From positions 10,354,001 to 10,418,000 of the forward strand of contig NC_091478.1 in the NCBI RefSeq assembly GCF_036971445.1: a DNA stretch of 64,000 nt, in the 5' to 3' direction. Below are positions 36,076 through 48,700 of the stretch, in pieces. Origin of the DNA: Narcine bancroftii (taxonomy: Eukaryota). Under the pieces are notes generated by a model. That model did no database searches. It was not told the origin of the DNA and saw only the letters and a program-made list of their open reading frames with translations. A program made the position numbers and the translations under genes. The number at the start of each line of letters is the position of its first letter. Position 1 is the stretch's first letter.

Positions 36076-39000
36076 TAACTGATGGGTCTTCCAAGACTAT
36101 AGTGAAAACTGGTTGCACATTGATCAGTAGAAGAAAGATATTTAATGTTTTGAATTAATTCCCCCGCCCAGGTTACCAATACTTTGGATTAACTCTGGTC
36201 ACTGGTCTGTTAGGTCATTAGGCTTAGACTAACAATAAACCATGATTTATTTCGGATGGTGATCATTTCTGGTTGTTTAAGCTTCTGGTGGAGCCTGGAA
36301 ATTACTGGTAATTTTTTTAAATAGTAGAGTTTGGAGATAAATCTATGCAATAATATTCACAAAACTTGAGCAAAATCTGTACGCGCGATGGGAGTTACCG
36401 GAGTCACTTGATGTGAAATTTGAACAATTGAAGGTTGCTCGCGTTTCGTTTGTGAGTTTGACACTAGAGTTTTATTCGCCCGCGAGACGAAGTTGATTTT
36501 TAGTTTCAAATCGGCCAAAAAAAATTAAGGTCAAGTGCAGTTGGATGGGTCCATGTCCACGTGTAACCGACCACACAAGGATGCTCAGTTCTTGGCGTCA
36601 GGCATAATGACGACGACGAAAGAGACGCAACACGAGATCGCTGCAGACATTCCACAAATTATTGATATGACAGAAATGGAACTAAGATAAACAACTTAGT
36701 AAACGTAATTGAACGTAATTAAACTTTGCATCAGTATTCAATCGAGCTGTGATCACCAGTACCCAGATCCCATTACCGGACGTTCCTATTGGAATGGGCA
36801 AAATGAAATAATGCCTATCGAATGATTTTCCACCCCCCCCCCCCCTTCCCCCATCACCTTTATCCTTAAATCGATCGTCAATGCGCCACAGACGTGGGAT
36901 CAGGGATAAAGAGAAAATGGGTTGAATTAAGTTTCTGGGAGATGAGGAACCATAACAACATTTGGAAAATATGTTGAATAAAAAGTACGTACTTTGAACA
37001 TCTCTCCGTTCAGTGAACGCTTTGTCAAGAGTTGTGGCCTCTATATGCCGACTGTAATTAATTATGTTTGAAAGAATACAGCATAGCCCCACGTGTACAG
37101 GAGCCAACACATTCATGCAGGTAAAGTACAATTTTGTTAAATATCCATGTCTCTTTATTGTTGCAGTACCATAAATATAATTAATGTTTTACGTTGTGCC
37201 ATATATGCAGTTGTGGGCCGAGACAGGGAACATCTCTTCAATTTGTTTATCAACCACTAACAAGCGTGAGTAACATATATTTCGCGTTCATTGAACCGAC
37301 GGTTAATTAATGAATAAATTAATCAATTCCTCGATCAATGACGAAAAGTCGAACATCGCTGCAAGATTAGTTGAGGTAAGAAATGGATTAATTTATGACT
37401 GTCTAATTGAATCCTGGGTTTAATTAAGGGACTAGTCAGTTAACTAGTTGATCGAAGTAAGATGCAGCTGTCTAGTTTTTCATGATATGTTGCCAGTGAG
37501 CGAAATAAAAATAAGGCATCAACATGTGACCATTCAGAAAGAAAAAGACGTCCGATTTGGACAAGTAATTAAAGTAACTGGTTAAAGGAAGCTGAACGTT
37601 GGAGGGAATGTTGGTACGATCCTTCCCAAATCACCAAGCTGTGATTTAAATGCCAGTGTCGGGTTCACTTTAAGATAATGAGGTTGTTGAAATATTAGAA
37701 TATCATTTCCATCAATTACGCGCTGACTCAAATGGAGCCTGGAAGGCAACAAACTTCTTGAGCCGAAGTACAATTTTAGTTCGGATTTCACGACTGTTTT
37801 CCATTGAATATCCCAACTAAATAAACATTTGCAAAAACAAATGCATCTCGATTCATAAAAACGGATCGATTGGCCGCGTCCTTTTTATATTAATTCAAAT
37901 ACAATTGTTATTTTAAGGTAACTCTAATAAGATTGCTTCTTCCCTATTAAGTATATCAAATTAAATGTTACTTCGACTGATACTTTTGCTCTTTCAAAAA
38001 ATGCTTTCCCTGACAAAGCGGAATCGATTTTATTGGAGTTCGACTGCGTTTACTCGATTATTTTGCTGGCAGCTGAAAGCTCTCCGTGGAAAGGGTTGGT
38101 TAATTGATTGATTGGCAGGGGCTGCGCTCTTGTCCTGCTCTGGGAGGCAGGTGTGAGAGTCCTGCTCCGTTCTACCACATTAACCTTTTCATGCTTTCAC
38201 AGGGTTGCGACACATTACAAATGGTCAGCTTTAATCATAGTGTCAGCTCGTTAACGTGGCGCGCCCCTGCAAAGAGAGCTGGATGATCAGTCTTCATTCA
38301 GCTCGTAGTCAGGCGCTGGGGCTATTGAAGCCACCCAAAGAAATAGGAGCGGCTTCAGAAAGTTACAAACTGGACCTCGTTATTCTGCGTGTTCCAAATG
38401 TAGGCATGAAGCACGGATGTGACACAACTTGTTGGGGACTGGTGTCAGGTGCCAGGATTTAACGTAATCCATTTGGAAATTCCAGATAGTGCAATTTGCA
38501 AAACAAAGCACATTTCGCCAAATATATCTACATCCACCTCTTCTATCCATTTGTTTCAACTATTGACATCAAGTGATCATTGCCCGTGGGAATTGTGATC
38601 CTATTGGACAAACTCAAGGTGTTCTTGTACAGTCCCGGTGATTAAGTTTCCTTTTCAGTTACCCACCTAAAATCCAGATTCGCTGGGCCTATGTGCACAG
38701 AAGCAAACGGTTAGCGATCTGATAGATTGCCGACAACCAAGCAGGACCCCGTGTTTGAGGCAATAAAGATAAGGCGTGAAATCTACATTGACGTATTAAA
38801 TAGGCATATTTTACGAAGCTTAACTGTTTAGGAGCCTGTTAAATGACCGCATCTGCTCAAAGAGAATTCTCAAGATTATAAAACGAATCCGTGATGTTCT
38901 TAATTATGCAGGATCACGCCCGTGGAGCTGAGGGGCTACCTGGTATTTTCTTTTGTAATCCGGTTAGAGAAAACGCACCTCAAATAAATCTGGGCCTGTC

Positions 39001-39709
39001 ATCACTGCCACTGTATCATGACTTTAATGCTTTATAAGCACAGTTTGTGAGAGCACAGAAAATGGAAGCATTCTTTCCCCACTCCTCTCCCCTACATATC
39101 TCAAAAATGTATAGAAAATGTCAGGCGCGCATTGTCCCTAATGAAAATTGATCTTTGGTAGGTTTATGCTCCTCGAAAATAGCCTCCTGACTGCCTATAA
39201 TATTGCAAAGGTTCCACCTACAGTGACAGATGAAGTCATAAACAAGTTTGATCTGTGAATCAAGCTTCGATAAATATTAAACACAGTCCTTTACACGTGT
39301 GTATTATGATGTATGGCGCGTCGAACTTTAAAATAAGGAAATTACCAAAGAAAATGATATCAATAAATTTTCTAAGTATAAACGTTGATTATGTTTCGAT
39401 TTTCATTCAAAATCTTGCTGTTTCTGGTACAAATGACATCTCACAATGGGCTGCAAAAGGCTCCCTATTCCACGGGAGCCTGGAGGTGTACAATTTATGT
39501 AATCGTGGCTGGAAAATGAATTGTGTAATTTATTGGAAAACAGAAGTCATCGAGATTAGATCAGCATAGCCCATCAAAGGGCCACAATCCATCAAGTTCC
39601 AATTAACAACCTAAGACGCGTAAACCATAGAGCGTTAATGGGTTTCCAATCTACTGGACTGATAGACTCATCAATTCCTCGGGGATGAATTAAGAAAATC
39701 GACCGCCCC

Positions 39710-39848
39710 NNNNNNNNNNNNNNNNNNNNNNNNNNNNNNNNNNNNNNNNNNNNNNNNNNNNNNNNNNNNNNNNNNNNNNNNNNNNNNNNNNNNNNNNNNN
39801 NNNNNNNNNNNNNNNNNNNNNNNNNNNNNNNNNNNNNNNNNNNNNNNN
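39710..39848. other. Assembly gap (139 N)
   Basis: Run of N. Confidence 1.
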
Positions 39849-42800
39849 CCATCACTAAGGCGAATGGGACTCAGAGGGTGCAAAGGATTCTTTAAACCGC
39901 ATTTCTTTAAAAAAAAGACCCAAGTGATGTACTGCAAGGGGTCACACTTCCACCAGGTAGAGCGAGGGACTGGTTACCTATCGAGAAGTATATTCTTTAA
40001 ATCTGCTGTTTATTGTGGACAAGTGATGATGTTGGCGAAAACGTTGCCAACAGCGAATCAACGTTAATTGCTGAGTAAACTGATTTTGGGGCTGTCTTTA
40101 CAAGATACGAGGGACCACGAGACACACTGCCAATGAAGCTATTTAGTATCTCTGCCGCATTCTTTTCACCAAGTACGTCGAGTCTCACCGTAAATTTAGA
40201 GTTTTCGGGTGAAGTTTGAAGATGTCCTAATTTCATCGAAACAAATCAAGGTCACAAAAATCCAGGAGCGCGGGACGAACAATGCATCACATTGAAACAA
40301 TATTTTGCAGACATTTTGCGATCAATACGAACTAAAGCATAATGCTATGCCAATCTATTAATGCTCTTTAATGGCCCCTCGGTGCGTTTGCATCGCTCTC
40401 GTCAATAAAGGACAGCGATCGTGTCGAAGATATGTTTTCGTTCGTCCGCTTTATTAAATATTTTTTTCCCCGAAAAAAATAAGTTTTCAAACGCATCGTA
40501 CTGACCTGCTAAGTGTAGATTCCTTTCGGAAAGTTGCGAGATATCTTTAGAAGAATGGAACAGATCAGTGCCAGAGTTAAAGGGTTAGGGTTATTGGGAG
40601 TTGACGCAAATTAGTGCAGTTGTTAAACTGTAAAATAGCCGCAGGCGGCTGGAGCCGTGCTGAGCTCACATATAACTGATCTGTATGGTGGGGCTGCTGT
40701 AGACCATTCTTGGAAGGGATTGAAAGGTTATATCTGTTTGGAATGATTGGAGTGTTTGCTATACAAAAGTTCCCCGTGTTTTGACCCAAATAAAAGAAGT
40801 ACATGTGTGTGTCGGGTAAAAACAGGGCAGCAGCCATATTTACAGAAATGAGCAGAGTTCACAATATACCAAATAAAAGCAGAGATTTGGAAACTGGAGC
40901 GCTTAAGTGTTAAGCAGGGACTGTTCAAATTTATCTTTAGTCTTTGCACTGTTAGTGATCTCTCATTTCTGAGACGCCACTGAATGACAATGGTTTCTTT
41001 GTCCCAAGTACACATCAGCGTGGTCTTTAAAACTGGATGTTGTTTGATTATAAACTACATATTACATGCTTTTGCAATATAATGGTATAACTAGTCTCTT
41101 ACTTTACATAAAACAATGAATTAAGCCACCTCCCATCTTTTTTTATTTCCTGTTACAAAAAGTTTGGCAAAATAACATAATTTTTTAAATAGCAATAAAA
41201 AGGTATTCGCTTTGAATGGAAGGTGTGGTAAAAATTTAATGCTTTCTAATCTCAATGTTCGTCTGTGCAGGATACTAAAGTCGCTTTTCACATCAAAATA
41301 CTATTTTCCCTCGATCGTTCTACCTGGCCGATGGTTTACCTACCGATTCAGCAAAATTACTTTTATGGCTGGGAAATATAATTAGTATTTACACACTGAA
41401 GGTATATTTTAACTATTCCAATTTATGCAGACAGTCATCGATTTACAGACCAACAACTCGGCGGAAAAGAGAAGTAAAGTCTAACAGGGAGGAAAAAAAA
41501 TCAGCCTACTGGCTTTTCTCTGTTTTGGTTGGATTGTAGAGCGGCGAGTAATAAAAGATAAGGAAAAATAATGGACTTACTTCAATGGTGTAGAAATGTG
41601 AAAAGTCGGATTCTTGTGAAAATCAAAATGCGCCCATGTAAAAGGAACACGGCGACGCGCAAAAAAATTATTCAAGACACACTTTAAGAGCGGGGCATTG
41701 CTGTAATATTTTTATTCTAATTGGCTTGGGCGGTTTAAGCCTATGTGAAGTGGCCCCTATATACAAAAGCGTGATTAAATCTTATCGCATCACATTGCTG
41801 TGTGTCTTAACAAGCTCATTGTAATTTAAAACATTATCGTAATGGCTACAAGTTTATTTTTTAAATATTGTCCGGACTAAAGAGGTGAGAGAGGGTGAAG
41901 CATAGTGGTAACTGGAAAGCTCATGTAGCCAACAGATTCGAAATCTGCACCAACAGAACAAAATTAAACTGATGGGGAAGTATTGTCGAGTTTTTTTGGA
42001 TGAAGGAAACATCAGATGTGGAACTGATTGTATTAGTAAAGTCCAATTTGTAGCCGGTACTCCGCCTTTTTGTGCAGTTTAGTGAGAAAACGTTTTGCAA
42101 CTATGACATTTGAAATACTACCCAGATATTATATAATTTTGTTTATGGGTCTGATCAGCTTTTGGCAGAGAACAGATTAAGATGGACAGTCCTTTCATGA
42201 TATTCAATATAGAATGAAAATACTTTTGAATTTTTGCTGATAAAACTGGTTCATGTTTACTGTATAAACGGCATGAAAGTCCATTGTGACAATATCACAA
42301 AGTTAGTATCACCAACAATGCAAGGTACGATTTTGTTGCATCTTTATACAAAGGGGAACATATTTTGGCTTTAGCGTTGTGTTTATTTTCAGCTTCTGTG
42401 CATAACAAATTAAAGCAAATCAAAGCACAGGAACAGCTATTTAGCGACTTTTCACTTGCGAATCATCTGGCAAAGGATTTCAAGCGATAAAACTAACAGC
42501 AGCCCTATCTCGAAATCAGAATAGCCGCTACTGTTTTTTTACATCAACCATAAAAATACAAATTGAATTATTTTGAATTGTTCGACTGTAAAGGACTTTA
42601 ATCTGTGACCTTCTGCAAAAGTTGGAATAGTTAAAATATATTTTCAGTGTGTAAACAGATGGATTTATCTGTCCAATCAAGGGGTTATTAAACACGGGCG
42701 GCCCGTGCTTGATTCAGTAATGCAATCTGACATTGTTTAGAATCTGCCATTGAAATTTCGCACTCTTGTTAGATTAGAAACTGTCCTCTTACTTTTGGAG

Positions 42801-43448
42801 CTCCGCTTTCAATAGCAATGACTGTCACTTAACATAAAGAGAATTATTTGATGCATAATTAAATATATTCTTATCCTTTGTGTGTACAGGCACTTAACAG
42901 TGAAGTGTCTCGCTGCTCCAACTATTGCGACAGACATTTATCCACAGGTGATTCTTCTAACAACCACTTACAGTTTCAGTTCCGCAAGCCCTTGGCTAAT
43001 AAATCAATACCTCCTTGCCTATCACCCACTCCTCCTCTCCAGCATCCCCCGTTTTAAAATAAACATTCTAATTGCAGGGAATTTAATTAAATTTCAATAT
43101 TGTGAAGATTACAATTTTAAATGGGATTTTGTTGCAAAATAAAAGGACTACAGTCAGCGGCGAACATAAAATATAACACAATAAACGTCGGGTAATAATT
43201 AATGATCAATATGAAAGACTAGTAATAATTATTCAAAAGTTGAGATAGTATTTCGTCTGCAAGACACAATGAAGTATTTTTCCAGATAAGAGAACAAGCA
43301 CATTGTCTAAAATACCAGTCTGGCTGGTTTCCCTTTAAATTGTCTTTAAGTACGGGCGCCTTGATATATTAAGCCTATCATTTCATCGCAATTCAACATC
43401 TGAGAATGTATGTGGGGTTTTTTTTGGCCATAAATGGAACTTGTATGC

Positions 43449-43458
43449 TTTATTTACA
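43449..43458 (-). terminator. Candidate HMX3 polyadenylation signal
   Basis: Minus strand TGTAAATAAA (AATAAA at 43454-43449) about 850 nt after the stop, at the end of an AU-rich UTR. Other AATAAA hexamers lie nearer the stop. Confidence 0.4.
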
Positions 43459-44307
43459 AAGACTGAGTTTCACTCTTGAGCCAGTGGTTGTATGAAACAA
43501 CACAACTGAATAACAAGGAATGCTCACATTTTATTTTAGTTCACAACAAATCTGTTCAACAAAATCCGGCATTACAATATCAAAAAAAAACGCCAATATT
43601 TTATTTCTTTTTTTTTGCTAAAACATACAGAACATCCATTATTTTCGCAGCAAGTAACTATCTTCCAGCTGGGGAAACAATCCAAAATTATATACACAAA
43701 ATATTGCCTGGGAAAGATATTTGAACCTAAATCTTACGACCTCTATCAATGAATTTACAATCCAGGTAAGTTAAAATACGTCGTCACCACATAAAGGGTA
43801 CATTTGTTAAATAAATAAACAGACCCTTAATTTTTTTTTCTGATTGTCCTTCGGTTAAAGCGCCTTGCCATCAGAACCTGGGTAATGTTCACTATTCCCA
43901 GTGCTATTCCTCATATGCTTCTCAGCTTTGGCCAATGCAACTTGCAGTGATCTCCCTCTCAGCAGTGCTTCAGCTTCTATAGTACAATATTGCACAGGTA
44001 CGTGAAACCAATATAAGGAACAACATTTTTCACGACTCCTTTTAGTACTTACAAATAAAATTTAAAGAAAAAACATTTACAGCAGATCCTCCTCCAGGAA
44101 TAATCCCTCAAAACTACACAGATTGAGCTCACAAAATTAAAACGTAAAGTTAAATAAAACGTTAAATAAACCAAGACTGAGGTAATGAAGCAAGAGGATA
44201 TGGGCAACCTGGAAATATACAGCTGGTCTTGTGGCTCGTTACTTCAAAACGACACGGTCTCGTCTTACAATAAAAAAAAGTAATGCAAGATTAATATTAA
44301 AATTAAT

Positions 44308-44967
<660 letters not shown>

Positions 44968-45015
44968 TTAGACCATCGTACATCAGAAAGAACAACGTGG
45001 TTAAAGACCCCTTAC

Positions 45016-45310
45016 CTTCTGTCCTCGGCAGGTGGACTCCCGGTGACAGCGTGCAGGGATACCACCAGGCGGGCGACCTCTCCAGATAGTGCGCCGGGAG
45101 CGCAAACCTCTGCGCCGGGATTTCAAACCTTGGGAAACCAGGGTCTCTGCAGTGAGGCAAGGAAAAAGCGGCACCTTCGACCACCCCCTTCACCGCCGAG
45201 AGCAAAGTCTTGGGCTTCGAAGGCTTTCGATCACAGTTCAGCAGATTTTTGATGGAGAAAGAGGATTCTTTGGGAGGAGAGGGATTCTCCTGCGCTGCTG
45301 TCTCGGGCAT
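45016..45310 (-). CDS. HMX3: HMX3 exon 1
   Basis: ATG in good Kozak context (GTCACCATG). Reads [25 protein letters not shown] (eh1)...[18 protein letters not shown]|GTAAG donor at 45016/45015, 103 bp intron. Total CDS 900 nt, 299 aa. Confidence 0.95.
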
Positions 45311-45659
45311 GGTGACCTGGCTCCGATCATAAACAGGGCGAACCTCGTAGAGGCTGGTAGGAAAACAGTAGTGTTGAACAGAATCCCGCGAGTTCAGAAA
45401 AACGCCCCAAACTTTTGCATAAGGGTACAGTGGAAATCCACGGCAATTTGGAACAGAATAGGAGGCATTCAGCGTCAATCTGACGGCGGATGATAATGAT
45501 GAAATAAAAATGTCATACAAGTTAAATGCAGAAAGTATACGCGATTGGGCACGCACAATGGCAAATGGGATTACCGAAGGAAAAAAAAAGATGGCATATA
45601 ATGAGTCCACCTCCCTATACTTTGCGCTTCGCTTAAGGCTTTAAGAGCTCGCCTGTTAT

Positions 45660-45780
45660 TGGCTTTATATAGTCCAATTAGGCAGCAAATGAGGACGAGA
45701 CTAATACCACAAAAGAAACTCGTCCTGCAAACCACCACTAGACGACCAGTAGGCAAATGACTTACTCCTGTCCATTGGCA
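45660..45780 (-). promoter_or_regulatory. HMX3 core promoter (TATA and CCAAT)
   Basis: TATATAAA on the minus strand at 45671-45664. CCAAT motifs at 45674-45678 (+) and 45777-45773 (-). Suggests a TSS near 45635. Confidence 0.55.
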
Positions 45781-48700
45781 CAAAGCGCTATTTCATTTCC
45801 ATCTATGGGGGAAATTTGTTTAAAGCGCAGAGGTTTTTGCTCCTGTCATTTCGACCGCCTCAACACGGTTGCCTATTGAGGCAACACATTTTACAATGTG
45901 AAAACAGCCTTGTTTCTTAAAAAAAAAATGTTTTACAGACTGTTTTTCTTAAGTCAAATTTCTACCTTGGCTGGTAGGTGCAACACAGAAAATAAAGCTT
46001 ACCCGCGTATGAAACAGCCAGATGCAGAAAGAGATGTCTGCAATGTGCCATGCGATTTTAAACAGAGCCGTTCAATTTGTGAGGGTTTCATGATAAAGTA
46101 TTATATGCCAGGGATATATTGCACATTAAATCGCGATTTTATGAAGTGTAGCACTGCAAGAAATAGCAATAATTTTATTATTGAAGCCCAATTTGTATAT
46201 GAAGATTTATAAGTAGAACGGATATGCTGTGACACCTCCGATTCAAGCAGGATTTCGCATAAGTCATTTTAATGTTGTATTGTATTTCTCATGAGTTCGT
46301 TTAATAGCGACGAACCATTCTCACTTATTGCCTGATGGGATTTAACCGTCATTACCCCATTCCATCCTCCTCGACACCCCCTTCCCCCCCCCCCCCCCAA
46401 CGAAAGTCGTGAAGCTTTGGAGCTCTTACCATTTATGACAGAAAACACAAACACACCGAATATATTGAAATGTGATTTTATATACCGTCCTCAATAATAG
46501 AAAAATTGCAATTTAAACACTTGCAAATGTTAGAGTTAATTTAGAAGAACCACGATTCAGGAAGAGGAGAAAATCAGACTGCAAACCAAAACCCTCTAAA
46601 TGTTGCACGAACACTTTGGATGTACTTGTATACTTTTATATCACTTCGGCAAATGAGAGTCGAAGGACTGACATTTTTCTTCCTCCTCCCTCCCTCGACA
46701 CTGCAGCAATCTCAAAACAACCCGCTTATTCCATGGACTCGCCGGCCCATTTTAGTAAACGTCTCACCAGATGGTTAAGGGAACTTTGAGCAAATTTGGT
46801 TTAGGAAGATTTAATTAAGGCTTCAAGTCAGTTTACCTTTATTTTCACTCTGTTAGTGTAGTTCAAAACTGAATTCATTGCACCATGTTTAGTTATTTAA
46901 TCAGACTGAAGTCGTCAAATTGGCTGTTTGGTCCTTCAAAATATAATAGGCAATGATTGCAACCGCCCAGCTCTTCTCTATAATACGGATAATTTATCCC
47001 ACTAAGAACTATTAACACAATTGGATGAGGGTGCGTGGACATTGAACCACCCATCTTTATTTCCCTGTACATTTTTTTTTACCTCTGACCTTCGCTGTTT
47101 ATCCATTGTTACCGTCCGTTTCATTCAATTCAATGACAACACTCCACCTTCGTCTGTCTTAGTGTTAGTGACCAGCCTCATGAGCCAGGTATCTATTGAC
47201 CGGTTTAACAAGATGATTACTGGGTCCATATATCAATAACGGGTTACGTAATATCTTTCAGCACGTATTACAAATTCTTTATTGCCCATTCTAATCGACT
47301 CAAATGAAACAATACTACGTGGTATGACATCCGAGAGAAAAATAACATTTTTTCATATATGTTGGGGGGGGGGGGGGGAATGAGTCATAGGTACATAACT
47401 TTAGATATAAACATACAAGTTAACGATGCACAGGGCAGTAAAAGGTAGCCACTGCAACGATAATTCCAACTACAATTCACTTCCCTACAGGTTCCGGAAT
47501 AATTCATGATTTGCATCTGTAATTAATTTGTCTTTCATAAAGAGAATCACCTACACGCACAGAGGACAATGTCGTATTTATACTCATTTTAAAAGGGAGT
47601 GGACGTGCTTCTAAAGTTCAGGTTCCATTACTGTAACACTATAACGCTCTTTTGTTCTACAGTTGCACAAATTTGCCTGCCGAACTGAAAGAGGATGGGT
47701 TCCGTTCATGAGATTACATGCAGGGAGAAAAAAGAGAACACCAGGCTTCAGTCAGTTATTTAAAGCCAGTCGTCGCTGAATGAATAGAGAAATATGCAAT
47801 AGGCACTAATGGACAAAATGAAAAAAAAATGGATTCAGTTCATTTTGAATTGTTTTCACTTTAAAGAAAAAGGCCACGAACTTACCGATAAAAAATATCC
47901 AACAAGTTTCAAATCTGAAATATTGACGTTCTCTTCCCATTATTTATCCAAAGCTGCAAGCCAGAAAGAACTGTTGAAAGCAAGGAATTTCATCGTTTTA
48001 TGTACGTTCGTGATAGAAATAGCGAAAATAACTAACTTCAAAATATTACTCAATTTGCAAAGACACACATGGATTGGTTTGGGAATAGTTTGGTTATTAC
48101 TTACATTTGGTAACTTCTCCATAATCTATATTTTGGGCGAATAAATCATTGTTATGTTAAGAAGAAAATATGTTTTTATCAGCATTAACGTATTTGTGCT
48201 GAGAATTATTGGAATGAACAATTGTTTTAATGTAGCATCTCGGACAATACCGAAGGGAGTAATCTATGATTTAATGAATGCTATGAAACAGATTATTTTG
48301 GAAACATATTAGCGGAAAAATCTACCCTAGAGTTTCGATTCAAGTTGCTCTCAAAGTGTTATTTTCTCAGACGTACAGTTTATTTTAGATTCTAATTAAC
48401 GTATACTTATGCTTTCAACTGGTGTAACTCCTTGACCCTAAACGGGTGTATTGTTTAAGTTTTGTAATAATTTACATAACTTATCAAGCGATCTTCAGTG
48501 ACTATTTATTGATGAAACAATTGTTGCTAAATGACCACTGAGAAGAACTTGTTACTTTTAAGTCACCGATACTCATTGGCTCATTTTAATGGTTCATTTG
48601 TATGCTTATATGCTGTTTAACGTCACCCCAACGATTTATATTGGTAGACACCCAATGCAAAATTCTCAAATCACCTGAATCATTCTCTTCGAAAACGCGG

